64,000 nucleotides of DNA from Macrostomum lignano. Lineage: Eukaryota. Both the position numbers and the translations under genes were made by a program. Under the pieces are notes generated by a model, which was not told the DNA's origin, made no database searches, and saw nothing but the letters and a program-made list of their open reading frames with translations. Positions 1-12,394 of the stretch are shown one piece after another (the stretch's first letter is position 1; each line of letters starts with the position of its first letter). The stretch spans positions 62,001 through 126,000 of the forward strand of contig NIVC01000385.1 of NCBI GenBank assembly GCA_002269645.1. The letters run 5' to 3'.

Positions 1-427
1 TTATTTTTACACAAATTTTTAGCTTTCTAGTTTTTAAGCTTATAAAAAGCCATTTAAACAATTGTTGCATATTGATTTTCCACTGTAAATAGTATAGGCA
101 AAAAGATAAATAACCAAATTATAAGCAAAAAAGGATCTTTTATGCAATATAAAGGGGGTAATTTACTGTTGCAATGCAAAAAGTTATTTATTGTTATAAT
201 ACCAGCTCAGATTTAGGATGTAAGCATGCACTCAATTTATTTGGCATGCAATTGTCCCTAATAAATTTTTGTTTAGGTGTAAACCCATCATGATTGAGAC
301 TATAAAGAGCAACTGCGCTATCTATATTACATATGCTAAGCTAAGGTATTGGCCTTAAAAGGCTTCTATATGCCAGAATTTTTTAGACACAGACATTGGG
401 TCTATAAGGATTTTTTTCAGGAAAATA

Positions 428-1273
428 GCTTGTCAAAGTTTGCTTGCAAGAGGATTGCTTATCAAAGTTTGCTTGTCAAAGTATCTTCATGCCAAAATTT
501 GCTTGTATGAAGTTTGTTTGCTTGCTTGTAAAAGATTGCTTGTAGGAATTTTGCTCACCAAAAGATACTTATAGAAGTTTACTCGCCATACTTTTGTTCT
601 ATTTTGCTTGACAAAGTTTTTGCATTATTATTTAATTGTAAAGATAACTATGTGGAGTTACAACAGCATAATCATAATCCTCATTATGATTGTAAGTGTA
701 TTTAACTGCAGATTACTTAACTGACGACATCAATTTTTTTCTATTATGCAATATTTTAGATTGCTTAGTGCAATTTAATTAACATAAGCATAACAAATGC
801 ACATGAAAAGTTAAAAACTACATGAAGTAGCAATCTTACAAAATATAATGAATAGTTTTTGACAATCATATTATACTTCTAACTAATATTTTATTACATT
901 TCTAAGAGATTAAAATAACCTAAGTATTTAAAAATGATTTGAATATTTTGTCTACTTTAATATAGTATTGTGGCAAAGTCATAAGCTAATAAAATATGGA
1001 AAACTATGGTGTTACTCAAAGTGAATGTAATTGAAATGCTGCTGTAAACTAAAAATTGTGTGTCCTAAATTGTGTGTTGCAAAAATCCTGCAAACAAAGT
1101 ACAGTAAGCAATCATCATGGAAGTACATTTTGGCAAGCAAATTTTAGCCAGCAGATTTCAGCAAGCAAACTACTGCAAGCAGACTTCAGCAAGCCAACTT
1201 TGGCAAGCAAAATTTGTCAACCAAACTTCGTCAAGCTCAGTAAGCAAACTGTTGCAAGCAAACTTTGACAAGC
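428..1273. repeat. Degenerate foldback-like structure: two oppositely oriented arrays of a ~16-bp CAAGCAAACTTTG-like motif
   Basis: 428-449 GCTTGTCAAAGTTTGCTTGCAA is the exact reverse complement of 1252-1273. TTTGCTTG-type motifs recur at 430-620 and CAAGCAAA-type motifs at 1085-1280. Confidence 0.55.
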
Positions 1274-1954
1274 AAAATTTGTATTCCCAGAGATATTATC
1301 CCAAATGTGGCTAGGCCTTAATTAATATTAATATAAATAAGCTATACAATATATAACAAGGTTCTTATCAAGATAGACATGTAGGACTATTATATGTTTG
1401 TATATTAAAGAATCATTGTACTATATGATCAAACTTATTCTTAGTCTTTAAGATCATATTTTCATATAAATTCAGCTAAGTTAGCCTTATTTTCTAAACA
1501 AACTTTACTCTAGCTGGTTTCAACTTTTCTTGCTATCAAAAGAAAGATTTATAACCAAAGATCATATATAAATTTATTTATACATAAAAAGAGATAAGAT
1601 TAAAGAGCCAACTAGATGGCAAAAAGATAGATAATAATAATAAGATTAAACTAGACAAAGAGAGAGAAAACAGAATAAATAGATACAAATTAAGTTTAAT
1701 TAAAGAAATGACTAAGTTGCAATAATCACTATCTATTGAGTGCTATCCAAAGGGTATTTTTATCCTAGAGGCTAGAGGTACCATCACAAGGATACTATTT
1801 TTATCCAAGGGATGCTGTCCTAAGAAGACTATTCTAGGGTATTTATAAGTGCTAAAGTTGCAAAAGAGGCATAGTATATATTCGGTTGAAGGGAAAGTTC
1901 TCTCCAATTTTAAGAACTTAAATCGTACTAAGTTTCTATAGAACTGAAACAACT

Positions 1955-2954
1955 TTACAAAGTGAAGTAATTGCCATCATATTCAATGACTTTCTGCCAT
2001 CGTTTGTGCACACTCATGATGCCATCCTTGTAGAACTTAGCTGGTTTTGAGGCGAAGAAGTTGTCCAGCCAGACGTTGAGTTCATGCCCTGGCGCTGGAC
2101 AGGGATAGGAACAAGTGGTAATCAGATGGTGCAAGGTCTAGTGAATAAGGTGGGTGGGGTAAAACCTCCCAGTCCAGATCAAGCAGCTTCTGCCAAGTAA
2201 CCTTTGCCATGTGTGGCCACGCAGTATCGTGAAGAAAACGGACCGGACCATGATTCGGGCACTTTTCTTTGATCTTTGCTGCCAAATCATCCAGTTGCTA
2301 ACAGTACTTGTCAGCTGTAATTATCAGGTTTGGTAGCAGCAGCTCATAGTGAATGACACCATTGCAGTCCCACCAGATGCTGAGCATCACATTCCGAGGG
2401 TGCAGTGGTGCTTTCGGCTGTGGTTTTGACACTTCATTTTTGTCCACCCACTAAGCACGGGATTTCACGTTGGTGCATAAACACCACTTTTTGTCACCCG
2501 TCACTATGGATGTTAGCCAACGGATTGTGCAATGGTAGGACAGAAGAAACATTGCAGCATCAGCGCAACGCCAACAGTCGAAACCAGTAAGGTCATGGGG
2601 TTACCCATTGTGCCAACTTGTACACCTTACCCAGCTGGCGCAGGTGATCGATGATGGTGGTCTGGTGTACCCCGAGGACATCTGCTATTTCACGCGAGGT
2701 TCGGCAGGGATTGGCTTCTACAAGCTGGCGCAGCTGCTCATCATCCACCCCCGATGGTTGACCTGATTGGGGCTGGTCTTCGAGTTCAAAGTTCCATTGC
2801 GGAAACAAGTGAACGAGTCCCGGGCAGTTCTGTTGGACATGGTACCATCTCCGAATGCAGAGTTAATGCGATGTGCCGATGCTGACGCATTAAGTCCGGA
2901 TTTAAAGTTGTAGAGCAAACATCCACAAATAAACATCCAGTTTTGAAATTTCAA
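1955..2954 (-). mobile_element. Decayed mariner (DD34D) transposase, frameshifted pseudogene
   Basis: ORF fragments carry mariner motifs: HTH region (FKSGLNASASAHRINSAFG), FELEDQPQSGQP, QWVTP (WVPHEL-like), HDTAWPH (HDNARPH-like) and HPPYSLDLAPSDYHLF. Manual translation of ~1955-2085 gives the C-terminus FYKDGIMSVHKRWQKVIEYDGNYFTL*. TIRs were not identified. Confidence 0.9.
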
Positions 2955-2989
2955 TTTTCAGCATGTAGAAACAAACAGAATAGACATAC

Positions 2990-3370
2990 TTTAAAAGTAC
3001 TTGTAAATAGACATATGCTGTCTTATTTTCCAAACTTGGCCAGTCAATTAAGTAGACACATACATTGGATACTTTAGAAGTACTTTAACTTATAAGTAGA
3101 CAGACACTATATCTGTCTACTTGCATCAAAGAGATGCTTGTACTTTGTAAGTACTTTGAAAGTACTTACAAAGTAGTTAATGTTGTGTTTATTTGATTGA
3201 CTTCCAATGTTTGGAAAGTACACAGTGTATCTGTCTACTTACAAGTACTTTTAAAGTATCCAATGTATGTGTCTTCTTAATTGACTTGCCAAGTTTGGAA
3301 AGTAAGACAGCATATGTATTATCATATAGGTTGTATTATCATTAACTACTTTGTAAGTACTTTCAAAATA
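2990..3370. repeat. Nested inverted-repeat (MITE/foldback-like) element
   Basis: 3011-3085 and 3243-3317 are 75-bp inverted repeats with few mismatches. Additional internal palindromes include TGTAAGTACTTTGAAAGTACTTACA at ~3145-3170. Confidence 0.7.
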
Positions 3371-3469
3371 GCTACTTGTAATGCTTAGTAAATAAACAAA
3401 AGTACTGCAGAAACATTGTATACTTAGCAAGTCGGTACAATTGTATGTATTACATGATACTTACTTGAT

Positions 3470-3840
3470 TTTTTATTTTTTTATTAGAGGCAGGAGGGTT
3501 GTGTGCACCCTGGCGCACTTTAAGCGACATCAACACACAACCGGCGAGAGGCATTAATGCCCATTCCGTCGACTCCCCTGAGCAGGCATACAAGCACGCG
3601 GATACGTACGCAGGCACACACTCACACAGGAGTGTACAGCGGCCCTAACTTTATTTTATCGTTAGGCATGTACACTTCACTGCGCCTTGGGGGGTTGGCT
3701 CTCAAGGCCGTTAATTGCACGAGCAGAGCCAAGCCGAGATTCCAATTCAGCCCCAAATTAATGTGACTGCACTTGGAATCGAGCCTGGGTCGCTGGCACA
3801 CCAGAGCCTGCGCTAGACCGCTGGGCTACGGCCCCCCTTT
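3470..3840 (-). mobile_element. tRNA-derived SINE, full-length copy with 12-bp TSD
   Basis: The minus-strand head GGGGCCGTAGCCCAGCGGTCTAGCGC...GGCTCGATTCC contains Pol III A- and B-box-like motifs. The element has an A-rich tail and the direct repeat TACTTACTTGAT at 3458-3469 and 3841-3852. It is nearly identical to 56567-56925. Confidence 0.9.
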
Positions 3841-4285
3841 TACTTACTTGATACTTACATGATACTTATAGTAACATGATACTTACTTGGAAAACTTTGT
3901 AAGCCAATCATGTCATGACAATACCATGGTTGACTTTCTAAGTTCAGCAGGTTTCTTTTCTAGGGATGTCTTTGATGAATTTCGCTAGAATTGCCATGTC
4001 TACCATTGAGTCATCATGTAAAATACTTATATCTTATGCGGTTAGGCTTTGAAATTTTAAAACTTTATGAGATTTCTTTTTCAAATGTATCCTTGTGAGC
4101 ACTCCTATGTTAATGATTATATTCACTCTTTTTCTATGTTTCATTGGTGTGCTATTTTACAAGCGTATTTACATGTTTCTTTAAATTAAGTAATAAAACT
4201 TGCTTATGCTAACTCGCAAATTGCGTCGCGTTTCTGTCAGCCTACTTGTCTGCATGTGCTCTGCTATCTGAGTAAAGCACTTTAG

Positions 4286-5443
4286 ATGATCAAAAAGTCG
4301 CTAGACTGTGCAGAAATGCAGCAGCAGCAGCAGCAGCGACATCACAGATTCTGGAGCAACCAGCTGGAATATATCAAGCGCGTTGCTCTTCCAGCAGTAA
4401 TGAAGCTGCCAAACTCATGGCCGTTCAAAGCACCAGTGGACCCAGTAAAGTTGCAGATTCCTGATTATCCCAACATCGTCTTGAAGCCTATGGATCTCAA
4501 TACAGTGAAAAACCGGCTAAATAGCGGGAAGGTGTATCAGTCTGGCCAGGACTGCATTGATGATATCAATGGCATCTTTCTCAATTGTTTTGTGTTTAAC
4601 AAACCGGGTGACGATGTGGTGATCATGGCAGAAGAGGTGGAGGCTGTGTTTCGTGAAAACATGCGCAATTACCCACCAATCGAGCACGAGATTCCCACCG
4701 AGCGCTCAGCAAAGCTGTCTCCAGCTACTCCTACTGCAGCTTTGAAGCGCAAAGCATCTTTGTCCGAAACGGACGCAGTTACTGTAACACCTGTGTCGGC
4801 AGCATCAGCCGCTGCTGTCAGGCCACTCAGCCAGCTGCAGCCAGCCGGCTCGCGCGAGCTGTCCAGTCGCGCAATCAAGAAACCGAAGCGCGAGGTGGTT
4901 GCCAGTAGCAACGGTACTGCCGGTGGCTTTGCGTCCGACGAGATGCGACAGTGCTCCGCACTGCTGCGTGACGTCAGCTCGGCACGGCAGAAATCCATTA
5001 ACTGGCCCTTTCTGGAGCCTGTTGACGTTGTAGCCCTAGGCTTACACGACTACTATGATATTGTGACCCAACCCATGGATCTAAGCACCATGCGTAAGAA
5101 AATTGATTCGGGTCAGTACGCTGACCGGGAGGCTTTCGCTGCCGACTTTCACCTTATGATTGACAACTGTTTAAAGTACAATCCACCCGATTCCGAGGTG
5201 CATCGGTTGGGCAAGGAACTATCTAAGTACTTTGTTGATCACTACAATCGCGTATTCGCTAGTCACAATGCGACAGCCTCATCCGGTGCTGCTGTAAGCG
5301 GTGTTGTGTCACCTGTGTCGTCAACTACCTCCCCACCGATCAAGACGGGAGGCGCAGTCAGTGTTGGCAATGGGCGACTATCGCTGGCCGATGTCAACAA
5401 AGTCACTGAGCTTTCCGTAAAAGTGGAGCAGCTCTACACTCAG
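4286..5443 (+). CDS. BRD4: BET bromodomain protein (BRD2/3/4, fs(1)h-like), exon 1 with BD1 and BD2
   Basis: BD1 reads NQLEYIKRV..WPFKAPVDPVKLQIPDY..PMDL..NCFVFNKPGDD. BD2 reads WPFLEPVDVVALGLHDYYDIVTQPMDLST..NCLKYNPPD. Phase-0 donor CAG|GTACAA at 5443. The start is ATG 4286 or 4316. The symbol marks the family and long form; orthology is not resolved. Confidence 0.95.
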
Positions 5444-6546
5444 GTACAACTTGTTTTTTCTTTGACGTTTTCTGTAGTACCACTGCTTAGCCAGAAGATG
5501 CTGTGAAATTATATTTAGCTTCGTCAGCAGATTTATAGCATATCAACGCATAATATCCTGCTCATTTACGAGTTACACAATGGGTCGAAGTAACATTTTT
5601 TCTTTCGGTCTTAATATGACATTATGTCTTTTAAACTTAGTAAGAAACAACGCAAAAAGTAATTCTTATTATTTAAGTCGTCATTTAGCTGAGACTTATT
5701 AAAATCCATGAGTTAAAATACTTCCGGTAATTATGCAAGCTGATGTCAGCAGCAATGATGACTTAACTGCGTGTCATTTGACTTTCTCAATGGTCCCAAG
5801 CGGGAGTCGAGTCTGTATGATTGAAGCAGTCGAGCATGCGACAGTAATGGCACAGTTGCTTTTTGCAGCCAGCTGTCGCTTGCCTGAGTTGTGCCACATG
5901 ACATCACGCTTTGCAATCATTTTTCAAGGCTACTAAAATACATTCGTCAGACAATATGCTTGCGCATATGGTTTTGCCATAGACACAATTTACCATTATG
6001 ATATTATTGCCTTTGTCGGATAAATGTAACAGTGAAAGTTCAAAACGAAACGGCTCATTTAATTATATGCCTATGTATTTGAATCAGTTGTTCAAGGCAG
6101 CAGGTCACAGACAAACGAGTTTTCAGTCAAAGGGTAACGAGAAACAAGAACAGAAGAAGCGCTTCCGTTTTTAGCAGACTGGAATCTAAAGTATATTGGA
6201 AAAAAACGACCAACTATATTTTTGCTTCTTAGTTATTGACTTTAGCGTTAGAAAACAAAAGACGTTTCGCAGGGCTTTGTTGTATATTGATCTCAAAATT
6301 TCGTGATCATCTTGCTCAAACCTGCCATCAAGTGCGAAAGACATGTCCGATATTAAGATTCCGAGTCAAATAACTCATATCATATCAAAGAAATATATAT
6401 CGTGTTACAATACTACTCAATATTTTGTTTTTCTTGCTTAAATGTCTGGCACTCGAAACCAAGTATTGAATCATTCATTCATTCAGTCGCGATTAACGCC
6501 CATCCAGACGAAATATGCTCTACGACAATATAGTCGACCATATATA

Positions 6547-7180
6547 CACTCAGCAACATTTAAAACGCAACACTCTAACTAGAAGAAAAATCAACTCACT
6601 CAGAAGAGTCAAAGCGCATAGTCTATGGTTCAAATCGAGCTTCAGAAACGCGTGTAGCTTCCTCTCGCAAGTAACAGGGCGATGACTATGGACTGTTTTC
6701 AGATAGAGTGATCCAGCTGAGAGAATGGTTCAACAGATGACAGACGCGGAAAGATGGCGAGCAGTCGGAATGTTGGAAGCAGGTTGTACTCTTCGAACAG
6801 TTGCGAACCACTTCGGGAGGTCGCCTTCAACAGTTTTACGTCTGCTACAGAAGAGCAGAGCCACTGGAAGCGTGGCTCACGCGAGAAAAGGTACGGTGCT
6901 TCACCAACTTCGCAGTACAACAGCTGTTGTTCGAAGAGTACAACCTGCTTCCAACATTCCGACTGCTCGCCATCTTTCCGCGTCTGTCATCTGTTGAACC
7001 ATTCTCTCAGCTGGATCACTCTATCTGAAAACAGTCCATAGTCATCGCCCTGTTACTTGCGAGAGGAAGCTACACGCGTTTCTGAAGCTCGATTTGAACC
7101 ATAGACTATGCGCTTTGACTCTTCTGAGTGAGTTGATTTTTCTTCTAGTTAGAGTGTTGCGTTTTGAATGTTGCTGAGTG
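6547..7180. mobile_element. Tc1-like non-autonomous foldback element, 253-bp TIRs, TA TSD, in BET intron 1
   Basis: TA|CACTCAGC...GCTGAGTG|TA. Arms 6547-6799 and 6928-7180 are near-perfect reverse complements. ORF 6725 encodes a Tc1-type N-terminal HTH (ERWRAVGMLEAGCTLRTVANHFGRSPSTVLRLLQKSRATGSV). Confidence 0.9.
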
Positions 7181-8037
7181 TAGTCTCTTACCCAGCGCAG
7201 TAAGCCCACTAACGAGCACGAAGATGCCACCAACTATTGAAAATAAAACGCCATACTGCGTATACTTAGAGAGAAAGGCCGAGTTGTTTAGAGAATTTTG
7301 AGAATCGAAACTTTATCCATGTTAAAATCGCTGGGTCGCCTTGCAATTGTAACTTCAGAAGCGTCGTCGTCCGATGAGCCCAAATCGAATGGAAAGTGCT
7401 GGGAAAATACTTTAGTTAATGAATTGTTCTCAGGACTACTCAAGCTTGTCATAAATCAAGCGCTAATTCATTTCTCATGAACGGATGCCTATAAATCAAA
7501 CAACTTGTAACAAGAACAGTTATCACTACTCAATTGTCAAAACTCGTAACTTGACAAAATTCTATGAAAGGAATAGCACTATTCACTGCCATTAAGCTAT
7601 CGCTATTCACTGACACACAGCACTTGTAGCCCATGAATGTCCTCTTTCTGCATTAAAAATGCTAAGGACTCGCACTCAACAGCTATACGAGCAACTAGGA
7701 TTCCTTGACAATACATACAATCAATGAAGAAAAAATCTGTGGTTCCTTTTATTCACTCTTGAAATTTAACTCTCTTGCGTATTGTCTCTGGTAAAAACGG
7801 CAGTGTTCTTGCTTTTCGTCCCAATTAGGCTGACAAACTCGTTCGTCTGAGGCCTGCTGCCTCGAACTGGGTCTAATACTTGGTCATAGAATTATAAGGA
7901 GCCATTTTATTTTGCTTTTATACTCTTAGCCCAAAAGGCAATACTTGATTCAGTTCACGTGAGTTGACAGAATGTTGGTCTTTTATGTCAAGTGCGGTTT
8001 ATCTTAATTTTTATTATGATCAATGCATTTAACTCAG

Positions 8038-8947
8038 ATGACGTCATGCATTAGTGAGCTGCGCAGCATAGTTGCAGCCAATATTGTGAGCAATCATCAC
8101 CCGCCAACGTCGACTCCGGACCCATCGACTGCGAAAAAGCCGCGGAACAGCGGTGGCAGTCGTCAGGGCAAACAGCAGCCGCAGACGGCTGCCCCGCTCA
8201 CTACACCAGCACCCAGTCAGTCTACTTTCGTCACACCAGCCTGCAAAAAAGCTTCAGCCACAGCGCCCAGGCAAAAGCGAGCCAGTGGTAGCGCTGGCAA
8301 AAAGGCTGCAGCCGCCCCCACTCTGTCCTCCAGCTGGGAAGCCGCTGCTCAGCCACAGTTTTCGGCCTCCGCTAACGGCGGAAACAGCGTAGGCTATCAC
8401 CAGTCCCAGTCCGCTCCAAGCCAGGCCTCCCGACCAATGAGCTACGAAGAGAAGCGACAGCTGTCGCTGGACATCAATAAGCTGCCGGGCGACCGGCTAG
8501 GCCGGGTTGTTCAGATCATTCAGCAGCGGGAGCCCAGCCTGCGGGATTCTAACCCCGATGAGATCGAAATCGACTTTGAGACCCTGCAGCTGGACACCCT
8601 CAGGGAGCTTGAAGCTTATGTCCGCTCTGTGCTTCAGGCCTCGCCTCCAGCACCTGCCGCGCCACCGCCAACGCAACCGCCGCAGCCTCAGGCTCAACAG
8701 GCCAAGCCAAAACACCTTTCACCTGAGCAGCAACAGCCACAGAATGCCGCCAAACCTGTTGCTAATAGCAACCGCAATAAGGGCGCTAAGTCAGCTGCGC
8801 TTGCAGCTGTACCTCCGCAACAGCCACCCACATTGCCCTTGCCGCCTGCGCTACCCAACCCGCCACAGCCAGCACCTCTCGCCCAGCAGCCTAAAGAGGC
8901 GTCGCCACCAAAGAAGCCTGCGGCGCCACCGACCACTGCTAAGCCAG
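8038..8947 (+). CDS. BRD4: BET protein exon 2 (ET domain, Pro/Gln-rich)
   Basis: Acceptor AACTCAG|ATG, phase 0. ET domain [50 protein letters not shown]. Donor G|GTAATT, phase 1. Confidence 0.93.
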
Positions 8948-9103
8948 GTAATTGTTTAACGTTCTGCACAGGAGCTTCTGTAGTTATAGATATATTTTAT
9001 GTAAAAAGCATCGAATATGGTTTCATCTGGCCTATCATTTAAAGTACTGATATTTAATATTTAAACATTGATTACCTTGTTGAGATTCACTGTTTTGTTG
9101 TAG

Positions 9104-9199
9104 CAACCGGCCAAGACAGTAGCTCCTCAGATTCTGACAGCTCATCGGATAGTTCCGACTCGGGCTCATCTGGATCCGCCTCGGATCTTGACGCATCTT
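9104..9199 (+). CDS. BRD4: BET protein exon 3 (Ser/Asp-rich SEED-like)
   Basis: TGTAG| acceptor and T|GTGAG donor, both phase 1. Encodes ATGQDSSSSDSDSSSDSSDSGSSGSASDLDAS. Confidence 0.85.
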
Positions 9200-9325
9200 G
9201 TGAGTACTCAAATGTTGGCTCTCTGTGAATTCAGTAGCACCAATATTTATCTATATCGAAATCAGTTAAGTTCAGACAAATACAATTGCACCTATCTATT
9301 CCTATGCCTTCATTTTACTTCACAG

Positions 9326-9789
9326 CTCGGCGAACCGCTACGACGTCCAAGGCGCCAGTGACGCATCAGCCGGTGCCGCCAGTGTCGCAGGCATCGGCCG
9401 CGCAGCAGCCTCCGCACCCCAGTCCTTGGAGCTCTCTGCTTCACAAAGCCCCGCAACAGCAGACAAAGGCTGAGAGCGCTTCAGCGGCCAATACTGCAGC
9501 AATTCATGCGTTTCAGAAGTTCCAGAAGCAGACTGCTGACAGCCGTAAGGAGCGCGAAGCAATGCAGCGCCTGCAACGCGAAGAAGAGGCACGTCGGGCC
9601 AAGGCGACATCCGCTGCTGCCACCGCTGTTAGTCGATCGGGCGGCGGCAAGGACGCGCCTTCGTCCTCCGTGACTGCTGCGGCTTCAACTTCTGCTGCGG
9701 CGCCGGCATCAACTGGCCAAACTATCGGTGGCATCTCCGCTGCCGAACTTGAGAGGCGAAAACTGGAGGAGAAGCGTCGGCGAGAGGCG
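9326..9789 (+). CDS. BRD4: BET protein exon 4
   Basis: TTCACAG| acceptor, phase 1. Contains AFQKFQKQ..KEREAMQRLQREEE and ERRKLEEKRRREA, typical of long BET C-termini. Donor GCG|GTACG, phase 0. Confidence 0.85.
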
Positions 9790-10121
9790 GTACGTTATTA
9801 TGTTTGTTGAAGCTTATTTATCCGCTTGTAGCTTGGCAACTGTATTCAATAGTAAGTTATTTTGACTAAAATCTGCTCTTGTTTATAGCTTAAAGCTCTG
9901 TGACTATTCAAAGACGGAATAATGTTCAATTTTTTTTATCTAGATGGAGAGTGTCTAGCCTAGGAGTTTAGCGCAGTCTGCAAGTGTGTGATATACTCGT
10001 ATACTTTGGTAGAATATGCAAATTATTGATTTTATAATTATTTTCTTGTATTCAAATTCACATAAAGCCACGCAAATAAATTTACTAAATAATGCTCATC
10101 ATGCTCATAATGTAGAATACA

Positions 10122-10445
10122 TTTTTGAGACAGGGGGCTGCGTGCTCCATGGCAAACCTTAGGCGACTGTCACACAACCGGCGAGAGGCATCACTGCCTC
10201 GACTCCCCTGAGCAGGCACACAAGCACGCGGATACTTACGCAGTCATACGCACAGGCACACACTCACAGGAGTGTACAGCGACCCTAACGTTACATATCG
10301 TTAGGCATGTACACTTCACTGTGCCTTGGGAGTTGGCCCTCAAGGGCGTTGAGTGCAGTCACAAATTAATGTGACTGCACTTGGAATCGAGCCTGGGCCG
10401 CTGGCACATAAGAGCGCCGTGCTAAACCACTATGGGTACCTCTCC
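10122..10445 (-). mobile_element. SINE family copy (more diverged), in last BET intron
   Basis: Aligns by eye along its length with 3470-3840 (CACACAACCGGCGAGAGGCA, CACAGGAGTGTACAGCG, GTTAGGCATGTACACTTCACTG, TTGGAATCGAGCCTGGG). Confidence 0.85.
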
Positions 10446-10519
10446 TGCTGAGCGTTAAATCTATGAAAACGTTTTTTAAAACTTTGACATTTATTGCTTG
10501 TGTTTTACTCAATTTTCAG

Positions 10520-10621
10520 GAGCTCACTCAAACAAATCTCGGCTTGAATACTCAAGAGGAGCTGATGAACTTTGAGGAAGAAATGAATATTGGCGACAAT
10601 GACGAATACAACTTCTTTTAA
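10520..10621 (+). CDS. BRD4: BET protein terminal exon (CTM / P-TEFb-interacting-like motif)
   Basis: TTTTCAG| acceptor, phase 0. Encodes ELTQTNLGLNTQEELMNFEEEMNIGDNDEYNFF*, which resembles the BRD4-long C-terminal motif. AATAAA occurs near 10703. Confidence 0.8.
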   Translation, partial: ELTQTNLGLNTQEELMNFEEEMNIGDNDEYNFF

Positions 10622-12394
10622 GAGTCATTATTCACTAGCTACATCGTCTCATGGGTATTATGCGTCTGTATCATGTTTGCCTTTTTGTTTTTTTATATGT
10701 TATAATAAATCATTTCTCTCTTTGAATGCCCATTAAATAAATCCCTGCGTTCGTTTTCCTATAACATATCGTCCATGCACTATGTTCTCTCTTATTTTTA
10801 AATCGAAAAAATGCAATATGTTTCTGTTTGTAGGCATGAGTTAGTTGGTTGATGTTCCTGGAACTCCTTGGTTCTCCATTCTGACTCTGTCCAGCTTGTA
10901 AAGTAACTGATAATCTCTCATTATGGCAGCAGTTTAAAGTATGCTTTGCAATTTGCTTCTATCTGTAAAACTAATTTGCTAATTTGACCCTGAACAGATT
11001 ATTCAATTTTGGCACTATATTAAAACGTTCACTTTTCGGACTTGGCTAGCAACGTGTTTATACTGCTTTGACATTTCGAATTTCGTCTTATATGCTGTAA
11101 GTAGTACTATCCTTTGATACTTCGTTTAACGTTTTAGCTCTTGAAATATTTGCTTTATTTGTTCAATGCCTACTGTTTATAAAGGCCTGTAAACTAGCTG
11201 TAATAGCTTTGTAATCTGTGCGTACACTTGAACTCTTAGCTCGTACCTGTCCTACATTAATATTATTTAATATTTTCTGCTTGCGAGGCTTCGATCTGCA
11301 ATTCAGATACACGAGTCAGTTATTCAGTGTGGCCTACTACTCAACCAAAAAATGAAGCAAGTTTATCGGGGCATTGTTGCACTGTCTGTTTTTCTCAGTT
11401 CCCTTGCACGCTTAGATACAATATTTGATACCTGTTATCTATTTCCATCTTTGTTATGCTTTTAGTATTATTTTTACTTTTATTATAAATAGCTGTTTGT
11501 GTTCGCGATATTTCACCGCTTAATAACGATATGGCGACAGTAGCTACACATAGGCATTTAACACCTGTAACAAGCTGAGTTGCACAATAAAATGCGTGCG
11601 ATAGAAGCCTCGCTGTTGACAAGGTGAGCAGTGTAATATTCGGCATTCTTATTAACTTATTTTAGTCTTGTAAGAGAGAGAAAGAGCCCTACTGTACTTG
11701 CCCTGTGAGTTGCGCTTTTATTTATTTTTTCCAGCACCAAAGGCAACGTCATCGTTGTCTTTGTCAAACTGTTAGCCTATCCAGTTTGATGTTGTAAGTA
11801 AAATATGTGAGAAAGTCTTGTGCTTGTTCATTTTATTATCAAGCCTTGTTTAGCTCTGCGTTTCAACTATTATCACCATTTTCAACATTGGATTAGTATC
11901 TGGCTCTGATTTTCTCTTGGCTTTAATTGTATATTTGTTTTAATTCTCTTATTTATATTTCATTCGCCTGCTTGTGCTGCGCGTTTTGCAAGCGAACAGT
12001 TTTTTTTTCTACTCTTGATTTAATACCAACTGCGTCACCGTTACATCTCCGAGCGTATTCTGTGTTTGCCGTTTCCCCTGATCCCAACTTATTCAGCTCT
12101 GAAAAGTTGCCCGTCCTGTCTCTTGGTTCTACCTGGCAACCTTAGCAGCAAGTAGCTTGACCCCGTTATTACATTTATACTTGCACATACAAATATATGC
12201 AAATAAACACGTTCTGCTTGCGGTCGTTTCCGAATAATTCTAATGCTTAACTTCACAGTCATTTCTGTTTAACTTCAATTAGCAAATATTTGTCGCTTAT
12301 CTGCAAAATTGAAATCCCAATTGGCTTCCAGTTATTCCCTTTATGGTTTGTAGCAGTTTAGACGATTGATAAAAGTAGCACAGCTTATTCAGTC

